The position numbers and the translations under genes are program-made. 64,000 nt of DNA from a virus, in the UHGV virus genome UHGV-1351770; one strand, 5' to 3'. Within the stretch, counting starts at the first letter, position 1. Every line of letters begins with the position of its first letter. The notes below the pieces were generated by a model that was not told where the DNA came from, ran no database searches, and saw nothing but the letters and a program-made list of their open reading frames with translations. This document shows, piece by piece, positions 45,127 through 55,899 of this stretch.

Positions 45127-45408
45127 TTATACCTCCCAACTAATTTTAAGACCCATGTCTACAAAGGCAGCTTCTCGGTAGTATTGAGAGATATGATACC
45201 CCTTATCCGATAAGGTTTTTAGTACCGATTTAGCTGCTCCTGGCATTTCTCTAGGATTATATAGCCACCTAGCGTAAGGATTATCTCGAATAATTACTTC
45301 TGTATTTCCAGACTTAGCAGCTTCTACAATCTTTTCTTCTATAAACTTTAGAAATGCGGGTACTTCTGTTAATCCTGCAAGTTCTTGAGCTTCTTTGGCT
45401 GAAATCAT
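45127..45408 (-). CDS. Hypothetical protein (93 aa)
   Basis: ORF. Confidence 0.45.
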   Translation of the reverse strand: MISAKEAQELAGLTEVPAFLKFIEEKIVEAAKSGNTEVIIRDNPYARWLYNPREMPGAAKSVLKTLSDKGYHISQYYREAAFVDMGLKISWEV

Positions 45409-45501
45409 TATATACCTCCAGTTTATAAAATATATTATATTTTAATTTCACTAAATAAGCAAATGAAATTTAAATATAATAGCCCCGAAGGGCTATTTAA
45501 A

Positions 45502-46356
45502 TTACACAGTGAATGGATACGCAATAGCAGGGTGGTGTTCGTAACCACGAACAGTAAAATCATCCTTACTTACCCAGGTCAATACATCCTCCAAAGTTCG
45601 GATATTTGGATTGATTTCTAGAGTAGGAGGTGCAAAAGGTTCACGATCGAATTGCTTATGCTCCATCAAAACATTATACTGATCCTCATAGATATGAAGA
45701 TTGATAATCTTCTGGCGTGCAATTCCTGGTTTAAGGCCTGTAATCTGTGCCATTAATGCTAGAAGCGTATAGCACTGAACCATGTTAAATACTTGGCCTA
45801 ACAGGAAGTCATTAGATCTCTGGAAAGAATTCAGGTATAATGTATCTCCCAAAATAGAGAACTGATGAGTGTGCATACATGGACGTAAGCAACCCTTTGA
45901 GAACTCTCCCGGATTCCAGAAAGTTAGAATTTCTCCACGATCATCAATGCCATTTTTCAGATTATGATAAATCTTGGCTAGTTGGTCAAACATAAGACCA
46001 TCGGAATTAGTCCACTGACGTCCTTGAACACCATAGACTCGTCCCATATCATCCTCACCTTTACGGTATGGATTGTCTAGCCAAGCTAAATTTTCATTTG
46101 CATTAGCATTCCATGTGTTAACACCAATAGCGCGGAACTGTGCTGCTGAATCATACCCACGTAGATACCCAATCATTTCCATTATTGCTTGTTTTGCAAA
46201 CGCCTTACGAGTAGTAATAAGGGGAAATTCACCTGCACCTACGTTAAAAGTAAAATCTGCGTCAATAATAGTGAGGCAACGAACCCCTGTTCTAGGATTC
46301 GTTACCCACTGACCCTCTGATAGAATACGTTTTCCAACTTCGATATACTGATCCAT
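45502..46356 (-). CDS. thy: Thymidylate synthase
   Basis: Conserved ThyA-like blocks in translation (e.g. [16 protein letters not shown]); adjacent to DHFR. Confidence 0.8.
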   Translation of the reverse strand: MDQYIEVGKRILSEGQWVTNPRTGVRCLTIIDADFTFNVGAGEFPLITTRKAFAKQAIMEMIGYLRGYDSAAQFRAIGVNTWNANANENLAWLDNPYRKGEDDMGRVYGVQGRQWTNSDGLMFDQLAKIYHNLKNGIDDRGEILTFWNPGEFSKGCLRPCMHTHQFSILGDTLYLNSFQRSNDFLLGQVFNMVQCYTLLALMAQITGLKPGIARQKIINLHIYEDQYNVLMEHKQFDREPFAPPTLEINPNIRTLEDVLTWVSKDDFTVRGYEHHPAIAYPFTV

Positions 46357-46889
46357 TAATAAGTAACCAATTCCTGTACAAATCGCAGGCTGTTATCACT
46401 GTTTGCGCCGGTTGCGTAAACTAAACGCGTAGATTCATAGTTGTAATCTAGAATCGTATTATCCAGATGTACATCTGCCTCTAGTTTTTGATTACTAAAG
46501 ATTGTGGATACAAAAGCACTTTCAATATGTCCATGAATATACATTTCGTACAGTAATGTTGCACCACCTAAAACCACTGTCTGCTGATCTTTTAAGAACG
46601 TAGGTAATGTATCCCCAATCTTTGAAATTGGAGTATAGATACCATGTTTAATATCATCAGGCAGAGGACGATCCGCACGAATAAAGAGGTCAGATTCTCC
46701 AATCATACGTTGCCGAACAACTTCTGGAAGTGCTAAATAAGTACCTGCACCAATGATGATGTTATCTGGGTTCAACACGTCCAGTTGAGAGTAGAAAGCA
46801 TCTAGTTCTTCTTTGAAGGAACCCCATGGGAGTTTGCCTCGGAGGCCGAACTCCCCATTCGGCCCAACTGCATATAATGCCGTTATCAT
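46356..46889 (-). CDS. frd: Dihydrofolate reductase
   Basis: N-terminal DHFR-like pattern ([19 protein letters not shown]); ATGA coupling to thymidylate synthase; size. Confidence 0.65.
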   Translation of the reverse strand: MITALYAVGPNGEFGLRGKLPWGSFKEELDAFYSQLDVLNPDNIIIGAGTYLALPEVVRQRMIGESDLFIRADRPLPDDIKHGIYTPISKIGDTLPTFLKDQQTVVLGGATLLYEMYIHGHIESAFVSTIFSNQKLEADVHLDNTILDYNYESTRLVYATGANSDNSLRFVQELVTY

Positions 46890-48031
46890 AAGAAATCTCC
46901 AAATTCATTGCCCAGATCTTTCAGAGTATCCGTAGAGGTCTCAGTTACCTGACCTACACGGTAGGCTGCACCAATCTGGATTTCTTGTGGAGCAGGCTGT
47001 AAAGAAGTGGTATCCAACCAGTTCATGATCCACGGAATAGGGTTTTTGGTGATTACTGGTAAATGACTAGGCCATTCTACACCAATGTGCATAAACGCAT
47101 TACGCCCCACAAAATATAGGTACTCTTCTAGAAGTTCTGCGTTCAAACCAATCAGACTACGACCTTTGAAAATGAAATGACCCCATTCAATTTCAGTTTT
47201 TAGAGTTTTCAGGAGCTGTGCTGGTGCTTTAGCCACTGCTTCCTCTACCAGATCTTTGTCAAATTGTTGAAACATAATCTGGATGATTGCTTTGGACATC
47301 TGAGTGTGCAGAGCTTCATCTTTAGCGATTAATTGCAGATTTTTAGCAATACCTTGCAGAATATCGTTTTCTGCTAATGCAAAGGTACATGCAAAGGATG
47401 CGTAAAACTGCATTGCTTCCAGACCGTAGATCGCAAAGTAAGCATCTAATAGCTTAGCCTGAGTTTCACGTTTAACTTCGGGGAACTCAGTTTCTGGATA
47501 TGTATTGTCGCCACGATGATCGCGTACTGCGATGAAATACTGACCTAACTGGTACAGTTCATCGAATAGTTCAACAGAATCAGCTATGCGTGCGAATGCT
47601 TCTTGGTTTTTGGTTACAGAATCAATAAATTCTGCTGGATCAGTTAGCACATTACGAATAATATTGCTATAAGCACGACTATGCAGATCTTCGAAGTAGC
47701 TCCACTGCTTGAGCATACCTTCCAATTCTGGACGACTTACAAGCGGCATAATAGCCGCTTCAGGAGCACGACTGATAAAGGAATCTGTTTGAGTCTGCCA
47801 TGCTAAGTTCAGGAGTGTAATTTCCTGAATTTCACGTGGGAGATTAGGCCATTGTTTCTTATCTGCTTCCAGACTGATTTCAGTTTCAGTCCAAAATTGA
47901 GAGCGTTGCAGAAGTGCCAGACGTTCTAGTTCTGGATGTGCTACACGTACATAATCTGCGATACCGAGAGAATCGCCCAGGAAAAGATCAGCGTTAGTAT
48001 GATCCCAATTCAGGTTTAGTAAAGTAGTCAT
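46886..48031 (-). CDS. nrdB: Ribonucleotide reductase class Ia small subunit NrdB
   Basis: Diiron ligand pattern (FACTFALAE.., KDEALH); downstream of nrdA. Confidence 0.8.
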   Translation of the reverse strand: MTTLLNLNWDHTNADLFLGDSLGIADYVRVAHPELERLALLQRSQFWTETEISLEADKKQWPNLPREIQEITLLNLAWQTQTDSFISRAPEAAIMPLVSRPELEGMLKQWSYFEDLHSRAYSNIIRNVLTDPAEFIDSVTKNQEAFARIADSVELFDELYQLGQYFIAVRDHRGDNTYPETEFPEVKRETQAKLLDAYFAIYGLEAMQFYASFACTFALAENDILQGIAKNLQLIAKDEALHTQMSKAIIQIMFQQFDKDLVEEAVAKAPAQLLKTLKTEIEWGHFIFKGRSLIGLNAELLEEYLYFVGRNAFMHIGVEWPSHLPVITKNPIPWIMNWLDTTSLQPAPQEIQIGAAYRVGQVTETSTDTLKDLGNEFGDFL

Positions 48032-48137
48032 TGATTTTCCTCTTTCTCACTATTTCAGGAATATTATAGCAAATCTGGTAGCGATTAGCAAGTAAAATTT
48101 CAAAGAAAAAGGAGACCCGAAGATCTCCTTGTTTTTA

Positions 48138-50468
48138 TTAAATAGTACAACCACCGGATGCACAACCGGCTGCTTCTTCTCCAGCACCTCCACCATTTGC
48201 GGTATTGAAGTTAGCATAATACCAAGTTTTCCACCCATACTTAACAGCAGTCATGAAATCACGAACTACTACTGGGCCAGGAATGATTTCATTCTCAAAC
48301 TTGGTGTAGTCATAGTACATATTCGTACTGATAGACTGGCTGAAGAATTTCTGCATAGTTGCTACCCACTTGATCCACTCGATACGATCTACATCATAAG
48401 CCAGTTTATAGCTCATTAACGTTTCCCAATCGGTTGCACCTGGAGCAATTGCAATTACTTTATTAACTGCACTACCCTTGATAGATACAATCTTACGGGG
48501 TGGTTCGATAGAGTTAGTAACACCTAACAGAACGGAAGAACTTTCTCCCGGCATCTGAGCAGTCAGAACAGAGTTACGCATACCATATTTCAAAATATCT
48601 GCACGCAGAGACTCCCAATCTATTTCTAGACCTACGGATACCAGTTCATCAACAGTTTTCTTGTACGTGTCGATTACCAGAATTCCTTTAGATGGTTTAG
48701 TACGATCAAACCACTCACATGCACCCTGTTCTTTAGCTAGGCGTACAGAGGCTTTATGCAGGAAGTAAGACAGTTTTTCAGCCTCACGGTGAATCCAGTT
48801 ACGGGCTTCAATACCTTCGTAAGCCAGACCTTCTGCTGCCATTGCACCTGCTGCGTTCATCAGGCCAATACCAACATTACGACGTTTCTTAGCCGTATAT
48901 TCCATAGTTGGGAACGGATAATCCTGAATTTCAATAATTGTATCAACGAATTTCAGAAGGATGTAGCAAGTTTTTTCCCACTCAGCCAGAGATTCCATGC
49001 GTCCAAGTACAACACCCCCGAGGTTACACAGAGATACTTCACCAATATCCTCCGGCTTCATTTGATCAAGCTGCTCTTTTGTCTTATACAGCTCTGTGAT
49101 ATGATGGAACGGGCGAGTAGGCTGAGTAATTTCAACACAAAGGTTTGTCATACGGATCGGATCAAGGAAGTTACCGTGACGGTTAGATTCCCCAATGTGA
49201 TGAGCATACATACGTCCTGTTTCCATTCGGATACGTAGCCAAGTATCTAGGATTTCTTTTGCAGAGACTTTAGGAGCTGCAGGAACAGTTTTTCCTTCGT
49301 GGTCGATCTTTGTAAGAGATGCCACACGTTTCTCCGCTGCCACGTAGATTTCTTCAAATTTAGCCTCGTCATCACTATAAAACGCTTCATGAACTTCTGG
49401 AGCATAGAAGTATGACATTAGCGTAATATCTTCGTTTTTAAGATAACGTTTTAACAAAAGATTGTTAAAGCTCAGAGAATAATCCATCTTATCGATTTTA
49501 TTCTCGTCTGTAGCACGTTGTTGCTTAACCTGCATCAATTGAATGATTTCAGGGTCGAAGTACGGATAAGACACTGTGGCAGAACCACCACGAGTTTGCT
49601 GAGTATTGGCCTTTACTGAGCGGTCAATGTGTCGATAATATGGCAGTTTTCCGGAATGCGGGAATGCCCCATTTCGCACCGGATCAGCAATTGATCGGCT
49701 TTCAAGATGATACCCGATTCCCGCTCTGGCTGCGACCATTTTGAAGACGATGTGCTCGGCGGTGTCGATTGAATCCAACGTGTCAGTGGAATCCACGAGG
49801 CAGCAACTAGCAAATCCACGGTCACTAGAGCGCAGACCAACCAGTGGCGGCGTAGGAACGTTGATTTTGTGGAGTGACATTGCGTTGTAGAGGTCGATTG
49901 CATCTAGAATTGTCCAGTTAGGTTGAGATAACATCGCCATTGCCATACCCATATAGGCAAACTGCGGAGTTTCATAAATTTCACCAGTGGCTATATTACG
50001 ACGGGAATACTTATCAAAGAACTGCTTCAGCCCACCACTAGTAAAAAGACGGTCACGATCATGGTCGATAACCTGATTCAGAGCTTCAAATTGCTCATCG
50101 GTAATCCATGCACTCATGTCTTCCCATGCACCTACGCTAACCATATGGTCATGGAAGAAGCGCAGAGAAGGCGGTTCGAAGGAATCATAGAGGCGTTTAC
50201 GCATTTGCGCAAGACGTAATTCCTTTGCTGGCACATCATATGCTGGATTATCTTTGATAAGACTTTCAGCAGCTTTAATTAATGCATCCATCAGAGTGTC
50301 GGAATCTACAACCCCTTTAGGCAGAGTTTTTTGAGCAGCCATAGTAATGGCTGACCAACTTACATCAACTGTTTTGCAACCATACTCCGCCCAACCATTG
50401 AGTTTTTCAGGAGCAAAGTCTTCTACAGTACCGTCACGTTTAATTACTTTTTCAATGCGATGGCTCAT
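48138..50468 (-). CDS. nrdA: Ribonucleotide reductase class Ia large subunit NrdA
   Basis: ATP-cone N-terminus, catalytic CEI / NLC blocks, C-terminal Cys pair; start at MSHRIEK with AAGGAAA RBS. Confidence 0.85.
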   Translation of the reverse strand: MSHRIEKVIKRDGTVEDFAPEKLNGWAEYGCKTVDVSWSAITMAAQKTLPKGVVDSDTLMDALIKAAESLIKDNPAYDVPAKELRLAQMRKRLYDSFEPPSLRFFHDHMVSVGAWEDMSAWITDEQFEALNQVIDHDRDRLFTSGGLKQFFDKYSRRNIATGEIYETPQFAYMGMAMAMLSQPNWTILDAIDLYNAMSLHKINVPTPPLVGLRSSDRGFASCCLVDSTDTLDSIDTAEHIVFKMVAARAGIGYHLESRSIADPVRNGAFPHSGKLPYYRHIDRSVKANTQQTRGGSATVSYPYFDPEIIQLMQVKQQRATDENKIDKMDYSLSFNNLLLKRYLKNEDITLMSYFYAPEVHEAFYSDDEAKFEEIYVAAEKRVASLTKIDHEGKTVPAAPKVSAKEILDTWLRIRMETGRMYAHHIGESNRHGNFLDPIRMTNLCVEITQPTRPFHHITELYKTKEQLDQMKPEDIGEVSLCNLGGVVLGRMESLAEWEKTCYILLKFVDTIIEIQDYPFPTMEYTAKKRRNVGIGLMNAAGAMAAEGLAYEGIEARNWIHREAEKLSYFLHKASVRLAKEQGACEWFDRTKPSKGILVIDTYKKTVDELVSVGLEIDWESLRADILKYGMRNSVLTAQMPGESSSVLLGVTNSIEPPRKIVSIKGSAVNKVIAIAPGATDWETLMSYKLAYDVDRIEWIKWVATMQKFFSQSISTNMYYDYTKFENEIIPGPVVVRDFMTAVKYGWKTWYYANFNTANGGGAGEEAAGCASGGCTI

Positions 50469-50610
50469 TTGGCTTTCCTTTTTATAGTTATCAGGATTTA
50501 AGGAATATTCTACTTTATTATCGGTCATTAGGCAAATAAAATTTTCTGATAGAAAAGGCCCGAGTATTTTCATACCCAGGCCCTGTATATTACCAGTCTA
50601 GCTTTTTAGC

Positions 50611-50832
50611 TTATTCAATTACTTTAGCTCTAGCTACTTCTTTTAATAGAATATCTATGGAGGTGCTCAGCTCGTTATAATTGAATGGTTTATTTGGATT
50701 TGAGGTTACAATTTTCCACGCTAGGGTTGTCTTAGGACTTTCTTCCCCTTCCTTACGTGTAATCATATTAGCAGCACTCAGTGAAGTACGATGTATTTTA
50801 GTTTTACGGCTCAGATGAACGACGTTTCCCAT
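50611..50832 (-). CDS. Hypothetical protein (about 73 aa)
   Basis: ORF; start adjusted to MGNVV. Confidence 0.35.
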   Translation of the reverse strand: MGNVVHLSRKTKIHRTSLSAANMITRKEGEESPKTTLAWKIVTSNPNKPFNYNELSTSIDILLKEVARAKVIE

Positions 50833-50833
50833 A

Positions 50834-51586
50834 TTACACCTTCCCCATGTCTTTAAAAATATCATAGAATGCTTTAGACTCAACAGAACGAACGTTATCA
50901 ATCAATTCGATCATTGAGAATGGGGCATTTTCGTATTTCTCATAGACTTCCATAAGGAGTGCTAGACCTGAGTCACCTTTAATGTCTTTCTGAGCTATAT
51001 CTCCGCAGATAATTAAACGGCAGTCTTGTCCTACACGAGTTAGGAGACAAATCATTGCCTCAACGGAAATATTCTGAGCTTCATCGACAATTACATAGGA
51101 GTTGTTGAAAGTTCTGCCACGAGCATGTTCGATAGCCAAAAATTTAATTTTCTGACGTTCGACATATCCCTTATAGGCATGATCGCCGATGGCCCATTTC
51201 ATACCATCAGCTATTGGCTCCAACCAAGGCTCTAGCTTTTCTGCTAGATCACCAGGAAGCATACCAAGAGACTTACCTAGAGGTTCATTAGGACGTACGA
51301 GGATCACTTGCTCAATATCTGAGTGAATGTCTACGAGTTCCTGAGCTGCAAGAACGGACGGAATAAAGGTTTTACCAGTACCTGGCTCACCGATACCCAC
51401 AGTCACTGTGTTGTTCTTGATCATATTGATATATGATTTTTGCTCGCGGTTTTTACCTACTAGGGATTTAGCAACTGGGTTAGCGTAATCATTAGAAAAA
51501 TCAGCCTGAATTACGTTGTTCTCATATTTGTTGCCACGCTTTCTTGAACCATTGCGGTTCTCTCTTTTTTGACGTGCTTTTCCCAT
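50834..51586 (-). CDS. phoH: PhoH-like ATPase
   Basis: Walker A GEPGTGKTF and PhoH family blocks; start at MGKAR with AGGAGTG RBS. Confidence 0.8.
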   Translation of the reverse strand: MGKARQKRENRNGSRKRGNKYENNVIQADFSNDYANPVAKSLVGKNREQKSYINMIKNNTVTVGIGEPGTGKTFIPSVLAAQELVDIHSDIEQVILVRPNEPLGKSLGMLPGDLAEKLEPWLEPIADGMKWAIGDHAYKGYVERQKIKFLAIEHARGRTFNNSYVIVDEAQNISVEAMICLLTRVGQDCRLIICGDIAQKDIKGDSGLALLMEVYEKYENAPFSMIELIDNVRSVESKAFYDIFKDMGKV

Positions 51587-51879
51587 AAATAACACTCCTA
51601 TAGTGTACTTCGCTAACAGAGGATCAACAAAAAGATCTTGTTTATCAACTTACAAATATATTATACCAATATATACAGTAAAAAGCAACTACAATTTTAA
51701 ATAAGCCTATGATATTGCATTTAAATAAAAATTTGCTTGCTTTTAGCGTGAGATGTGTGATACTAGATAATCATTTTATATCGCGTGCACGAGTGCGTGA
51801 TTATACAATTTTTAATAGAGATTGGCAAATAAAATTTTTTGACTCAGATCATGTTACAGAACTTTATAGTAAAATATTG

Positions 51880-51908
51880 TTGACATCCGCCCTCGAATGA
51901 GTTATAAT
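51880..51908 (+). promoter_or_regulatory. Promoter for nrdD: -35 TTGACA, 17 bp, -10 TATAAT
   Basis: Seen in sequence. Confidence 0.7.
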
Positions 51909-51937
51909 AGTAGTCTTAGTTAGAGAAGGAGAGTGTA

Positions 51938-53812
51938 ATGAATCGTAATGAAGAACTAAAATATAAAGAAATGCAGGCGTTAATTAGAAACTGCAAAGAG
52001 ATTATCGAAGGGTCAGCAGATGAAGAGCTGCTGTTTAATAATGCTAATAAACCCTCAGAACGTTTCCCTACACAAAGGGATATGCTTGCAGGTGAATTGA
52101 GTAAGTATCTGATTCTAGAAGAAATGCCAATTCAGATTCGAAATGCTCATATGATTGGGGATATTCATTTCCATGATGCTGATTATGCTGCATTAGGCAT
52201 GACTAACTGTTGTCTGGTAGCTCTGGAAGATATGTTGAAGAATGGTATGAAGGTTGGTAATGCTGAAATTAGCACTCCAAACTCTATCACTACTGCGGCG
52301 GCTATTACTGCCCAGATTATCACTCAGGTTAGCTCCCATCAGTATGGTGGTACTTCTGTAGATCGCCTTGATGAAGTATTAGCCCCTTATGTTCGTAAAT
52401 CCTATGACAAAAATCATGCGTTTGCAAAACGTTGGACTAAGGATGAAGCCAAAGCATCAGTAATGGCTACGGAGATGACTGAAAAGGAAGTCTATGATGC
52501 CTGTCAGGGTCTGGAGTATGAAATCAATACGATGTTCAACTCTAATGGTCAGAGTCCATTTATTACCTTTGGTTTTGGTCTAGGAACTTCTTGGGAAGCA
52601 CGTCTAGTACAGAAAGCAATACTGAAAGTACGCATGGATGGTTTAGGTATCAATAAACGTACAGCTATCTTCCCTAAACTAGTATTTGTACTTCGTGATG
52701 GCGTAAATATGAAGCCAGGAGATGTTAATTATGACATCAAGAAGTTAGCTATGAAATGTACTGCTGAACGTATGTATCCAGATTATATCAGCTATGATAA
52801 GGTTGTGGAAGTTACTGGAGACTATAAAGTTTCTATGGGCTGCCGTTCATTCCTAGCTGCTACAGAAGATGGTGAAACTGCCGGTCGTAATAACTTAGGT
52901 GTTGTTTCTGTAAACTTGCCTAGAATTGCTATCGAAGCTGAAGGAAATATTGACCTATTCTTTGATTTGCTTGAGCTACGTGTAGATACAGCATTAAAAG
53001 CGTTGGAGTGGAGAGTTGATCGCTTAAAATACATTCAAGCTAAAGCTGCACCCATCCTCTATATGTCAGGAGCCTTTGGGTTGCGCTTGGAGCCTGATGA
53101 ATATGTATTCGATCATTTCTATAACCGTGCTTCTGTATCTCTAGGGTATATTGGCTGCCATGAAATGCTACAGTTCATGTTTGGCAAAGATGTAGACACA
53201 ATGTCCGAGACCTGCATCAAGTTTGTTCAGCGTGTATTGCAGTACATGCGGGATAGGGTCGATCAGAAGAAGGAAGAAACTAAATTAGGTTATAGCCTGT
53301 ATGCTACACCATCAGAATCCCTATGTGACCGTTTTTGTCGTCTAGACCGTGAATATTTCCCGGAGTATGAAGATATTCTGTCTAAAGGATACTACACTAA
53401 CTCTCACCACCTTGATGTGGAACGTAAAGTTGCTCCTAACGTGAAATTTGATTATGAGTCTAACTTTACTCCGATTGCTTCTGGTGGGTGTATTTCCTAC
53501 GTAGAATTACCGGATATGAAACGATTCCCAGATGCACTGGAATGGGTTATTAATTATGCTGCTAGTAAGGTTCATTACTTCGGTATTAATACCCCAGTGG
53601 ATTCTTGTGGTAAATGTGGATTCTTAGGTGAAACAATAGCATCCGAAGATGGATTTAAGTGCCCTATCTGTGGTAATCATGACCCCGAAACTCTTGAAGT
53701 AACTCGTCGAGTTTGTGGGTATCTTGGAAATCCTGGTGCTCGTCCATTTAACCCCGGCAAACAGCACGAGGTGATGGGCAGAGTGAAACATCAGGATATT
53801 CGAGCTAAATAA
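51938..53812 (+). CDS. nrdD: Anaerobic ribonucleotide reductase class III NrdD
   Basis: C-terminal glycyl radical motif RVCGYLG and preceding Zn-ribbon CxxC..CxxC; length 624 aa. Confidence 0.85.
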   Translation: MNRNEELKYKEMQALIRNCKEIIEGSADEELLFNNANKPSERFPTQRDMLAGELSKYLILEEMPIQIRNAHMIGDIHFHDADYAALGMTNCCLVALEDMLKNGMKVGNAEISTPNSITTAAAITAQIITQVSSHQYGGTSVDRLDEVLAPYVRKSYDKNHAFAKRWTKDEAKASVMATEMTEKEVYDACQGLEYEINTMFNSNGQSPFITFGFGLGTSWEARLVQKAILKVRMDGLGINKRTAIFPKLVFVLRDGVNMKPGDVNYDIKKLAMKCTAERMYPDYISYDKVVEVTGDYKVSMGCRSFLAATEDGETAGRNNLGVVSVNLPRIAIEAEGNIDLFFDLLELRVDTALKALEWRVDRLKYIQAKAAPILYMSGAFGLRLEPDEYVFDHFYNRASVSLGYIGCHEMLQFMFGKDVDTMSETCIKFVQRVLQYMRDRVDQKKEETKLGYSLYATPSESLCDRFCRLDREYFPEYEDILSKGYYTNSHHLDVERKVAPNVKFDYESNFTPIASGGCISYVELPDMKRFPDALEWVINYAASKVHYFGINTPVDSCGKCGFLGETIASEDGFKCPICGNHDPETLEVTRRVCGYLGNPGARPFNPGKQHEVMGRVKHQDIRAK

Positions 53813-53817
53813 GCCAA

Positions 53818-53853
53818 TCAGCCGGGTTGCTAGTCGACCTGGCTTTTATTTTA
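53818..53853 (+). terminator. Hairpin plus TTTTATTTTATTT after nrdD
   Basis: Seen in sequence. Confidence 0.5.
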
Positions 53854-53911
53854 TTTGCTTTCAGCCAAAAATTTATATATAATAGATTTATAAATTTGAG
53901 AGGAGAAAGCT

Positions 53912-54193
53912 ATGAGCGAATTGCTTCCTAAAATAGATGTCTCCCATCTTGGAGAGCCTAGTGAAGAACGTAAGGCTCTAGATTGGTTGGGCGGATTTGA
54001 TTATCGTCGTGTTGTTGCAACATGGAATGATAAGAAAGTTAAGAAGTTTCGGGTACATTATGTAGGTAAAGACAAGTGGCTCTGGATTGATTATGAAGAA
54101 TCGAATGGGTATACTAAGGCTGTGAAAATTTATCGCATGTATGGGTATTATTACGCTCACTGTGATAAGAATGAATTTACAGTACAGAACTAA
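53912..54193 (+). CDS. Hypothetical protein (93 aa)
   Basis: ORF with GAGAGGAGAAAG RBS after promoter. Confidence 0.5.
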   Translation: MSELLPKIDVSHLGEPSEERKALDWLGGFDYRRVVATWNDKKVKKFRVHYVGKDKWLWIDYEESNGYTKAVKIYRMYGYYYAHCDKNEFTVQN

Positions 54194-54202
54194 GGAACAA
54201 GA

Positions 54203-54406
54203 ATGAAAAACGTAAAACATCTTAAATATCGCTTAATTTACAACGGACGTATGGAAACAGAAGACCTGGCCCAATTAGCTATTAATTCTAATGAGGTTAC
54301 AGTGCGTGCGCTGGCAATTGAAAAGTTGCGTGCCTCTTATGAAAATCGTGTTATGGAACTAGAGGAGAAACTTTATGGCATTCTCGAAGCCGATGCTACC
54401 AGATAA
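54203..54406 (+). CDS. Hypothetical protein (67 aa)
   Basis: ORF. Confidence 0.4.
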   Translation: MKNVKHLKYRLIYNGRMETEDLAQLAINSNEVTVRALAIEKLRASYENRVMELEEKLYGILEADATR

Positions 54407-54596
54407 GGGTTTAAACTCCGCTTTGGAAAACGCATTAATGCAGCACTGGGAAACTGGCTATAAGGATGGTGTTGAATCCTGCGCTACTATGCTAGAAGTT
54501 ATTGCTAATACCTTAATGGAGAAAGGTAACAAAGAATTAGCTGAGCTGTTAGACAGTATTGGGCAAAACTTTAGAGAACAGGTGAAAAATGCGTAG
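54375..54596 (+). CDS. Hypothetical protein (73 aa)
   Basis: ORF. Confidence 0.4.
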   Translation: MAFSKPMLPDKGLNSALENALMQHWETGYKDGVESCATMLEVIANTLMEKGNKELAELLDSIGQNFREQVKNA

Positions 54597-55404
54597 ATTA
54601 ATTATTATTAGCGGTGCAGGTTTGAGTGTTGAAAGTGGTGTACGAGCCTTCCGTACTGATACTACTAGTGGTAAAGCATTATGGGATGATTATGATCTAG
54701 AAGAAGTATGTAATATTCATGCCTTTCGTGGTAATTTTTATCATAAAACCCATATGTTTTACAACAAGCGTCGTGAAGAGCTAAAAACTGTTGAACCCAA
54801 TCTTGCGCATTTGCGTATTGGTGAATGGTATAAACAATACCCTGGTCAAGTAGTAAACTTGACCACCAACGTAGATGACCTTATTGAGCGTGCTGGCGTT
54901 CCACATAATGACATTCTGCACATTCACGGATATTTAAAAGAGGTTGTTGTAGCTGATAGCTACAATAGTAGCAATAAACGGATTATTGACGTAGGATACA
55001 ATTCTATTGATCCAGATGATTATAAATGGGTTAAACCTAATGTAATCTTCTTTGGAGAGCATGCTCCTGCATATGCAGAAATGTACAATGTTTTTGATGG
55101 TATTACCAGTCAGGATATGATCGTTGTGGTTGGTTGCTCTAACCAAGTAATTAACTTCTACTGGGAATTATTTCCTGTTCTTAATTTGACTGCTGCCAAG
55201 CTAATGATTGTTAACTACTATGATAGTGCACTAGCGGAGGAACCGGGCTATCAAGGTATGACTCGTAGTGAGATGTACCAGCTGGAAGAACGCGGTATCC
55301 CTTACTGGAGTAAAGGTGCGGTAGATGCTTTCAGTGATCCTGATTTTATTGCTCGTGTAGAAGCTCATTTAGGGGGTAGACCTTATGTGTCAGGAAATAA
55401 GTAA
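54589..55404 (+). CDS. Sir2-family (sirtuin-like) NAD-dependent protein
   Basis: N-terminal GAGLSVESGVRAFR matches Sir2 NAD-binding signature GAGIS.ESGIP.FR. Confidence 0.65.
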   Translation: MRRLIIISGAGLSVESGVRAFRTDTTSGKALWDDYDLEEVCNIHAFRGNFYHKTHMFYNKRREELKTVEPNLAHLRIGEWYKQYPGQVVNLTTNVDDLIERAGVPHNDILHIHGYLKEVVVADSYNSSNKRIIDVGYNSIDPDDYKWVKPNVIFFGEHAPAYAEMYNVFDGITSQDMIVVVGCSNQVINFYWELFPVLNLTAAKLMIVNYYDSALAEEPGYQGMTRSEMYQLEERGIPYWSKGAVDAFSDPDFIARVEAHLGGRPYVSGNK

Positions 55405-55897
55405 TACTCCAATTATTTTTCTAGACATTGATGGGGTGCTCAATTCGAGCATCTCCCACCATCATGCACCTGATGATGAAAAGATTTTCTTTGGAAGTGA
55501 CTGGGTTTTCAAACCGCTTCTCAAGGCTTTTCAGGACTTTATTCGTCCTTCTCCGATAATGATTGTTGGAGTATCATCTTGGTTCTCTGTCAGGAATGAG
55601 ATGGAGAACGTTCAGATTATGACCAGATTAGGTCTTATCGATCGTTTTCTTGGTACAACGGATTTTACTGGTGGTGGATTATCTAGGGGTAATTCTGTTC
55701 TTCGCTTCGTTGAAAAGCATAAGCTCAAACATTGGTGTGTGCTGGATGATGCCGGTGCTATGATGTATCAGTATCCAACGGTTATAGTCAATGGTAGGAC
55801 TGGGATAAATCTTCAAGATTTAAAAGCTGTTAGCTATATGCTAGAATTTAGTCCAGATCTTGAAATGTGTAAATCCTTGCAACAATTTAAGGTGTAA
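55385..55897 (+). CDS. HAD-superfamily hydrolase-like protein (motif I FLDIDGVLN)
   Basis: DxDGxL motif in translation. Confidence 0.45.
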   Translation: MCQEISNTPIIFLDIDGVLNSSISHHHAPDDEKIFFGSDWVFKPLLKAFQDFIRPSPIMIVGVSSWFSVRNEMENVQIMTRLGLIDRFLGTTDFTGGGLSRGNSVLRFVEKHKLKHWCVLDDAGAMMYQYPTVIVNGRTGINLQDLKAVSYMLEFSPDLEMCKSLQQFKV

Positions 55898-55899
55898 AT

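Noticed and set aside
48756-49238. 160-aa plus ORF
   Set aside because: Antisense within nrdA.
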